A stretch of DNA of 64,000 nucleotides from an uncultured Gammaproteobacteria bacterium (GTDB lineage Bacteria; Patescibacteriota; Microgenomatia; Levybacterales; UBA12049), in the NCBI GenBank assembly GCA_964637955.1, contig CAZWXQ010000004.1, positions 11,368-75,367 of the forward strand. The letters are read 5' to 3'. A model generated the notes under the pieces. The model did not search any database. It saw only the letters and a program-made list of their open reading frames with translations, and was not told where the DNA came from. A program made the position numbers and the translations under genes. This document shows, in pieces, positions 57,406 through 64,000 of the stretch; within the stretch, counting starts at the first letter, position 1, and each line of letters begins with the position of its first letter.

Positions 57406-59586
57406 ATGAAGAAAGTGCTGAAAAAATCTATTCACAAAACAAAGCGGATTAGAAAGAAAAAATACTTTTCTCTTCTAATTTTATTCTTCGCAATTTTTTG
57501 TGGAGCACTGATTTATTTCTTTGTACTGAAAGATTTACCATCACCAACTAGACTAAATAGCCCTACAAATATACCGGAATCGTCTCAAATTTTAGATAGA
57601 AATGGCGCTCTTCTCTATACAATTTACTCAGATAAAAATAGAACTCAAGTGCCTTTAAAAGAAATACCAAAATATGTTCAAGAAGCAACAATTTCAATTG
57701 AAGACAAAGACTTTTATGGACATGGGGCAATTGACATAAGAGGAATCGTGAGAGCAGTTGTTGCAAATGCGACAGGAAAACCAATCCAGGGTGGATCTAC
57801 GCTAACTCAACAGCTTATAAAAAGTAGCCTACTCACCCCAGAAAGAACAGTCCAAAGAAAAATAAAAGAAGTTGTACTAGCATTTGCAACTGAAGTAATT
57901 TATTCAAAGCCTCAAATCTTAGAAATGTATTTGAATCAGATTCCATACGGAGGAACTGCATACGGAATTGAAGCAGCAAGTAAAACTTATTTTGGAAAAA
58001 GCGCCAAAGACTTAACGCTTGGTGAGGCTGCACTTCTTGCAGGACTCCCTCAAAGCCCAACGCTTTACTCACCTTTTGGCTCTCACCCTGAATATGCAAA
58101 AGAGAGACAAGAATTAGTTTTAAAGCAAATGAGAATGCAAGGCTATATCACACAAGAGGAGGAAAATAGAGCAATAAAAGAAGAATTAAAATATAAAAAT
58201 CTTTCAGACAGCATAAAAGCTCCACACTTTTCTCTTTATGTGAAAGATCTAATGGAAAAAAAATATGGGAAAAAATTCACAGAAGACGGTGGCTTTAAAA
58301 TTATAACCACTCTTGATCTCCCAACTCAGGACTTCGCAGAGCTTGCGGTAGCAAGTGAGGTAGCAAAATTAAAAGGAGCCAGGGTTTCAAACGGCGCTGC
58401 TCTTGTTACTGATCCTGGAAGCGGAGATATTCTTGCGATGGTAGGGAGTAAAGATTATTTTGATTCTACAATTGACGGAAATGTAAACATAACCCTAGCT
58501 CTAAGACAACCAGGTTCTTCAATTAAGCCAATAAATTACGCCGTTGGTCTATTAAAAGGCTATTCTGCAGCCACAATTTTTGTTGATAAAGAAATGTGTG
58601 TTCCAAATCCATCGGGCCCAGCGTATTGTCCAAAAAATTACGACGGAAAATTTCATGGTCCAGTTACGATGCGTGACTCCTTAGCGAGCTCTTTAAACAT
58701 CCCTGCTGTAAAAATGCTAAAGCTAAATACACTTGAATCCATGATCGCTACAGCCTCGGCCATGGGAATAAGCACTTTTACGGATCCCGATAGGTATGGG
58801 CTATCTTTAACTCTAGGTGGCGGTGAAGTAAGAATGATTGATATGGCAACTGCATTCGGGGTCTTTGCCAACAAAGGCTATAAAGTCGAATTAAACCCAA
58901 TTCTCGAAGTAAAAGATTCACGAGGAAAAATTCTAGAGCAAGGTAAGAGCAAATCACCAATCTTTGGTAAAAAAGTTCTTCCTGAAGAAGTAACATTTAT
59001 TATTTCTGATATTTTGGCGGACAATCAGGCGAGAGCTATGGCATTTGGCACAAACTCGGTTCTGAATATCCCAGGTCAGTATGTTTCTGTAAAAACCGGG
59101 ACCACAAATGATTATCGAGACAACTGGACAATTGGATATACTCCAAAACGATTGGTGGTCACTTGGGTTGGAAATAACGATAATACTCCGATGGGAGCTG
59201 TTGTTTCAGGGGTAACCGGAGCTTCACCTATTTGGAATGAAATCATGACTCATCTTCTTGAAAATCAAAAAATAACAGCACCAACTCCTCCCAAGAATGC
59301 TATTAGGCTTAGTGTTTGTAAATATTCAGGACTATTTCCAGCCGAAGGATCAACTTGCGAAACTAGAACTGACTATTTCATAAGAGATAAATTTCCAAAA
59401 AGAAGAGACAGTGGAAAATCTAGTGTATTTGTTGATAAAACTACGCAAGACATTCCAAAAGATTCCAAGCAAACAGACAACCTAGAGCCAAAAGAGCAAT
59501 ACATAATTACTGATGATACGGGAGATAGATATTGCGTAGACTGTGCTCATCCAGAATTATCCCCAACACCTCCGCCGGGACAGTAA
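57406..59586 (+). CDS. class A penicillin-binding protein (1A family)
   Basis: EDKDF, GGSTLTQQL, QPGSSIK, SLN, KTGT. Confidence 0.95.
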   Translation: MKKVLKKSIHKTKRIRKKKYFSLLILFFAIFCGALIYFFVLKDLPSPTRLNSPTNIPESSQILDRNGALLYTIYSDKNRTQVPLKEIPKYVQEATISIEDKDFYGHGAIDIRGIVRAVVANATGKPIQGGSTLTQQLIKSSLLTPERTVQRKIKEVVLAFATEVIYSKPQILEMYLNQIPYGGTAYGIEAASKTYFGKSAKDLTLGEAALLAGLPQSPTLYSPFGSHPEYAKERQELVLKQMRMQGYITQEEENRAIKEELKYKNLSDSIKAPHFSLYVKDLMEKKYGKKFTEDGGFKIITTLDLPTQDFAELAVASEVAKLKGARVSNGAALVTDPGSGDILAMVGSKDYFDSTIDGNVNITLALRQPGSSIKPINYAVGLLKGYSAATIFVDKEMCVPNPSGPAYCPKNYDGKFHGPVTMRDSLASSLNIPAVKMLKLNTLESMIATASAMGISTFTDPDRYGLSLTLGGGEVRMIDMATAFGVFANKGYKVELNPILEVKDSRGKILEQGKSKSPIFGKKVLPEEVTFIISDILADNQARAMAFGTNSVLNIPGQYVSVKTGTTNDYRDNWTIGYTPKRLVVTWVGNNDNTPMGAVVSGVTGASPIWNEIMTHLLENQKITAPTPPKNAIRLSVCKYSGLFPAEGSTCETRTDYFIRDKFPKRRDSGKSSVFVDKTTQDIPKDSKQTDNLEPKEQYIITDDTGDRYCVDCAHPELSPTPPPGQ

Positions 59587-59694
59587 ATAAAGACCCCTCT
59601 TTTAAAACTTTCGGCTATTTTGTATAATTGCGCCAGCCACAATATCGTTTTTATTGAGGCTATTTGGTTTTATTCAAGCTGCTCATTAAAAAAT

Positions 59695-62298
59695 ATGGTC
59701 ATTTTACAGGATATACTTATAGTAATTGCTAAATTCTTAATTTTTATAGGGGACGTCGTTCTCCTTGTCTTTGGTGTTTTCTGGAAATTAATCAGACCAA
59801 TTTTTTATTCAATAACTACACTTATTCGAAAAGCGATTCCCTCTCGAAAGAAAAAGGTCGCTGAAAAAGAAATATTTAATTCTGAGAGCAAAAACAAACG
59901 CCCAAGTCTTCCACGCCTAAACGTAAGCTTTAATAAACCCAAGTTAAATCTACCATCTTTTAGTATTCCGAAGCCAAATAAAAGTTTTAAAAAACCGACT
60001 TTAAATTTACCTACTTTTTCACTTCCAAAACTTTCAGTAAAAAGACCGGAAATAAAACTTCCTTCTTTTAAAATAAGCTTGCCAAATTTCAGAAAACCAA
60101 CTTTCCAAAAACCTGAAATGCGAAAGATAACTATTCCAAAACCGGAAATTCCAAAATTAAGTGCTCCAAAAATTAAAACTTCAGTTTCAAAGCCAGAAAT
60201 TTCCCTTCCCAAATTTAGCCTACCAAGCTTTCCTCAGCTTCCAAGATTACATTTTCCTTCTATTCATTTTCCACATTTATCTTTACCTCATGTAAGACAT
60301 AAAAAAAGAGGCAGAAAACGACTTCCTTTAAGAGTCCCCTACTCTGCGAAGCTTAAATACTTATTTGTTGGCGGAGCAATTTCTTTTCTTTTTTTGTTTC
60401 TACCACTTTATGTTTACACATTTATAAAAAGTCTCCCAAATCCAAATACGATGACATATCAAGAAACTTCTCAAACAACTAAAATTTATGATCGAAATAA
60501 AATTCTCCTTTATCAAATTTATGCAAATCAAAACAGAACCAACGTTCCTTTATCTAAAATTCCAAATCACTTTAAAGAAGCAACCATTGCAATTGAAGAT
60601 AAAAATTTCTACACGACCCCAGGATTTGATGTTCAAGGTATTGCAAGATCCGCAATTGCTGACATCTCTGGAAAACCATTGCAAGGTGGCTCAACCATCA
60701 CTCAACAACTCATAAAAACTAGACTTCTGACTCCTGAAAGATCATTTGAAAGAAAAATAAAAGAAGTTATATTGGCAGTTTGGGCTGAGCAAATTTACAC
60801 GAAAGACGAAATTTTAGAAATGTACTTCAATCAAGTTCCTTACGGAGGAACTGCTTGGGGAGCACAGGCTGCAGCTCAAACTTATTTTGGAAAAAATATT
60901 GAGGATTTGGATCTAGCTCAAAGTGCATTTCTAGCAGGACTCCCTCAGGCTCCAAGCATTTACTCCCCTTATGCAGGCGATGGCAATAATTGGAAAGGAA
61001 GACAACGTGACGTATTAAACAGAATGGTCGAACTAAAATATATAACAAGAGCCGAAGCACAAAAAGCAGACCAAGAAAAACTAGAATTTAAACCAAATCA
61101 AAACAGCATTAAAGCTCCTCATTTTGTGATGTACGTAAAAGATTTATTAATCCAAAAGTATGGTTTAGCAGTGGTGGAGCGTGGCGGACTAACTGTAATA
61201 ACTAGTCTTGATTTAAAGACTCAAGACATGGCGCAAAAAATCGTAACCGATGAAGTAGACAGCGCAAGCTATTTAGGATTCACTAACTCAGGCGCATTAA
61301 TTACTAATCCTAAAAACGGTGACATTTTAGCAATGGTTGGTGGACACAATTATTTTGATGAAAATGACGGAAACTATAACGTTACTACAGCTCTAAGACA
61401 ACCTGGATCCACTGTAAAGGTTATTACATATACTGCAGCCTTACTTAACGGACAAACAGCAGCAACTCCTATCCAAGATACACCTGTCTCCTATGCATCC
61501 AACGGCGCTCCTCCCTATTCACCCGTAAATTATGACGGTAGATTCCGCGGAACAATTACACTTCGCAATGCTCTTGGAAATTCCATAAATATCCCTGCAG
61601 TAAAAACATTAAATCAGGTTGGAATCCCAAACATGGTAAATCTAGCAAAAGAGATGGGAATTACCACATGGGGAGATCCAAGTCAGTATGGGCTTGCAAT
61701 AACCTTAGGAGCGGCTGAAACCAAAATGACAGACATGGCAACTGTGTATGGAACGATCGCAAATTCTGGAAAGAGAGTAGATCTTGATCCAATCCTAAAG
61801 GTTGTTACTTACCAAGGAGCAGTTCTTGAAGAAAAAACCGAACCTCATGAAAAAAGAGTATTGCCTGATGAAATAGCATTCATAATTTCAAATATTTTAT
61901 CTGACAATAGTGCTCGAGCTATGGAATTTGGATTAAATTCACCTCTAAATATTCCAAAACACACTGTCTCTGTAAAAACTGGAACTACTGATAATAAAAG
62001 AGACAACTGGACAATTGGCTATACTCCAGACATTCTCACTGCAGTTTGGGTAGGAAATAATAATAATGCTCCGATGAATCCGATCTTAGCATCAGGAATT
62101 ACTGGGGCAGCTCCTATCTGGAATAAAATCATGAATAATTTGCTCGCAAACAAAAATCCTAATAATGAAACTAAATCTCCACCCTCAAATATTGTCGCTG
62201 TGCCATGTGGAGGAAAAACTGAATATTTTGTTAGAGGAACTGAAAATAAAGGAAATTGCAGACCCATCAGCATAAATGGCCAAAGACCTAATCCCTAG
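59695..62298 (+). CDS. class A penicillin-binding protein with long Pro/Lys-rich N-terminal extension
   Basis: EDKNF, GGSTITQQL, QPGSTVK, SIN, KTGT; ATG 59695 preferred. Confidence 0.93.
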   Translation: MVILQDILIVIAKFLIFIGDVVLLVFGVFWKLIRPIFYSITTLIRKAIPSRKKKVAEKEIFNSESKNKRPSLPRLNVSFNKPKLNLPSFSIPKPNKSFKKPTLNLPTFSLPKLSVKRPEIKLPSFKISLPNFRKPTFQKPEMRKITIPKPEIPKLSAPKIKTSVSKPEISLPKFSLPSFPQLPRLHFPSIHFPHLSLPHVRHKKRGRKRLPLRVPYSAKLKYLFVGGAISFLFLFLPLYVYTFIKSLPNPNTMTYQETSQTTKIYDRNKILLYQIYANQNRTNVPLSKIPNHFKEATIAIEDKNFYTTPGFDVQGIARSAIADISGKPLQGGSTITQQLIKTRLLTPERSFERKIKEVILAVWAEQIYTKDEILEMYFNQVPYGGTAWGAQAAAQTYFGKNIEDLDLAQSAFLAGLPQAPSIYSPYAGDGNNWKGRQRDVLNRMVELKYITRAEAQKADQEKLEFKPNQNSIKAPHFVMYVKDLLIQKYGLAVVERGGLTVITSLDLKTQDMAQKIVTDEVDSASYLGFTNSGALITNPKNGDILAMVGGHNYFDENDGNYNVTTALRQPGSTVKVITYTAALLNGQTAATPIQDTPVSYASNGAPPYSPVNYDGRFRGTITLRNALGNSINIPAVKTLNQVGIPNMVNLAKEMGITTWGDPSQYGLAITLGAAETKMTDMATVYGTIANSGKRVDLDPILKVVTYQGAVLEEKTEPHEKRVLPDEIAFIISNILSDNSARAMEFGLNSPLNIPKHTVSVKTGTTDNKRDNWTIGYTPDILTAVWVGNNNNAPMNPILASGITGAAPIWNKIMNNLLANKNPNNETKSPPSNIVAVPCGGKTEYFVRGTENKGNCRPISINGQRPNP

Positions 62299-62911
62299 CT
62301 AGCTCTTCAAGTCTTCTAAAATTTCCAATTGGATCATTGTTAAATAAATAGCTTGTGACACAAAACGCATTTACCCCAGCGTTTTTTGCGATAACAAAAG
62401 TTTCGTCATTTATTCCTCCGTCAATTTCAATTTTTCCAAGATATTTATTTCTTAGTTTTTTTATTTTTCCTTCAATATGAGGATTAAAAGTCTGTCCTGA
62501 CTTTCCTGCTTTTACACTCATAAGAAGAATTCTATCTAAATCATCAACTGGAACTTTTATTTCATTAATTGAAGAATCAACATCAATTGCCAAGCCCACT
62601 TCCCCAAGCTCTTCACCTCGGGCAACAAATTCTACCTGATCACTCATTTTCTCAACATGGCCTAGAAAAGTTTTAAATCCAGCATCAGCCAATTTCCCCA
62701 AGTAATCAAATGGCTCCTCCACCATCAAATGAGCCTCAAGATTAAAATATTCGCTGTATTTCTTAAAATTATCAAATTCTAAATATGAAGTATTATTCGT
62801 AAACTTACCATCAATAAAATCTATATGAACATTTGTGGCAAACTCTCGGCAAATCTCAAGCTTTTTTTCTATTTCTTCCCAATTTTTTTCAAGTATTGCC
62901 GGAATTATCAT
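62288..62911 (-). CDS. rpe: ribulose-phosphate 3-epimerase
   Basis: HIDFIDG, EAHLMV, MSVKAGKSGQ, IDGGIN. Confidence 0.92.
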   Translation of the reverse strand: MIIPAILEKNWEEIEKKLEICREFATNVHIDFIDGKFTNNTSYLEFDNFKKYSEYFNLEAHLMVEEPFDYLGKLADAGFKTFLGHVEKMSDQVEFVARGEELGEVGLAIDVDSSINEIKVPVDDLDRILLMSVKAGKSGQTFNPHIEGKIKKLRNKYLGKIEIDGGINDETFVIAKNAGVNAFCVTSYLFNNDPIGNFRRLEELARD

Positions 62912-63354
62912 AGTTTCTTTATTAAGCCAATTCTATCATGTCCTGACGGATAAAAATTCTTAAATCTTACAAATACCTCATATCCTTGCTTAAGATAAAA
63001 ATTCTCTGCTTCAAATTCAGCTGTCCAGGTCCATATGAATTCAATTCCTAAAGATTTTATTTTCGCTTCCAATAATCCTAACAACTTCCCCCCGATTCCT
63101 TGCTTCCTATATTCTTTTTCTACCAATAGATCACTTAAATAAAAATAGGCACTATACTTCCCCCCTTGACTATATGCTAATCCGCTGGAAACACCGACAA
63201 AATTTTCATTTTTAGTATCGTCTGTTGCTACAAATCCAAACCTTTCTTCTTTGTCTGTATTACTGCCAAACTCCTGTCCATGCTCTTCAAAAGCAATTTG
63301 TTGGCGCTTATATTCTGCATCCGTCATAGGACGCTCTTCAAATTTTATTGACAT
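62908..63354 (-). CDS. GNAT family N-acetyltransferase
   Basis: VEKEYRKQGIG, FYLKQGY. Confidence 0.9.
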   Translation of the reverse strand: MSIKFEERPMTDAEYKRQQIAFEEHGQEFGSNTDKEERFGFVATDDTKNENFVGVSSGLAYSQGGKYSAYFYLSDLLVEKEYRKQGIGGKLLGLLEAKIKSLGIEFIWTWTAEFEAENFYLKQGYEVFVRFKNFYPSGHDRIGLIKKL

Positions 63355-63387
63355 GAAAAGATTATATCAGGAGAATTAAATATATAG

Positions 63388-63981
63388 TTACTTTCCAACA
63401 ATTACTAAAACGTCGTAGGAAGTTGATTCAGGAAGATCAGCTGAAGTATCTCCTACCGTATACTCTTTTGCTAATACTTTTTCGATATCAGAAAGGCTAC
63501 TTTTTTCTGAATTTTTAACTTTTATAGTTACATCTGTATAGTCGGTGGCGTCAGCATTTCCAGTCGAAGAAATAGTGTATCCTGCTGCTTTTAATACCTC
63601 AGCGGCACTTGCTGCAGCCCCACTTACCCCACTTCCGTTTTGCACTACAATGCTTACGCTACTTTTTGCAGCTACCCCAGTTGGAGCTTTAGATGGCGAC
63701 TTAGAAGGTGTGGTAGATTTTTCAGGCGTAGGACTTGTTTCCTCTGTTGGCGCTGGCGTCTCAGTTATTTCTTCCTGCGCAGGTAAACTAATTTCACTAG
63801 TAGTTTCAGAAGGCTTGGTAGATTCTGATGCTACCTCAGTTTTATCATCTGAAGTTATAAAATAAATTGCAGAACCTAAAAGAACAAGAACTAATAAGAA
63901 TAATCCACCGAAAATAAGAAGTCTTTTCGACAACCTTTTTTTATTTGGTCCTTTAGAGCTTGCGTATGAAATCTCTTCCAT
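63388..63981 (-). CDS. membrane-anchored LytR C-terminal domain protein
   Basis: TM, Ser/Thr/Pro linker, VQNGSGVSGAA, GNAD, DVLVIVGK. Confidence 0.88.
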   Translation of the reverse strand: MEEISYASSKGPNKKRLSKRLLIFGGLFLLVLVLLGSAIYFITSDDKTEVASESTKPSETTSEISLPAQEEITETPAPTEETSPTPEKSTTPSKSPSKAPTGVAAKSSVSIVVQNGSGVSGAAASAAEVLKAAGYTISSTGNADATDYTDVTIKVKNSEKSSLSDIEKVLAKEYTVGDTSADLPESTSYDVLVIVGK

Positions 63982-64000
63982 AATTAGTTGCCATACTATA

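Noticed and set aside
580-63865. Short overlapping ORFs from the track (e.g. 580-765, 1219-1482, 3304-3615, 29713-30144, 56514-57095, 59805-60212, 63545-63865)
   Set aside because: Antisense or off-frame shadows of well-supported genes, without recognisable motifs
1-64000. CRISPR array or cas genes
   Set aside because: No regularly spaced repeat-spacer series and no Cas motifs; repeats are dispersed palindromes or heptamers

Overview
AT-rich bacterial chromosome segment (standard code 11). Gene content points to a Patescibacteria/CPR genome, probably Microgenomates (inference): archaeal-like ATP-dependent ligase, UMP kinase and CMP kinase, stand-alone PolA 5'-3' exonuclease, VirB4/TraD-like ATPase, tandem PBP1A, and many orphan ORFs behind near-leaderless sigma70 promoters. 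Housekeeping genes include pth, recF, pyrH, mutM, ftsH, trpS, tgt, murD, pgk and rpe. The most unusual part is 34.3-39.8 kb, which holds three tRNAs reading AUG/AUA, each tied to a parasitic-looking element: tRNA-Met(CAU) overlapped by an HTH/LAGLIDADG-like ORF, an atypical initiator tRNA split by a 218-nt group I intron, and a rare tRNA-Ile(UAU) overlapped by a GIY-YIG ORF and followed by a palindrome-disrupted second copy. In both nuclease cases the stop codon lies inside the tRNA. Also present: a leucine leader-peptide attenuator on a short leuA, a probable Trp attenuator and TrpR-like operator, a B12 module (NrdR boxes, nrdR, nrdJ, cobalamin riboswitch, DUF4430, S-component-like protein, pduO), and several families of miniature palindromic or heptamer repeats, some inserted in frame. 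No CRISPR array, rRNA or prophage was seen. All protein calls come from motif recognition, not database searches.
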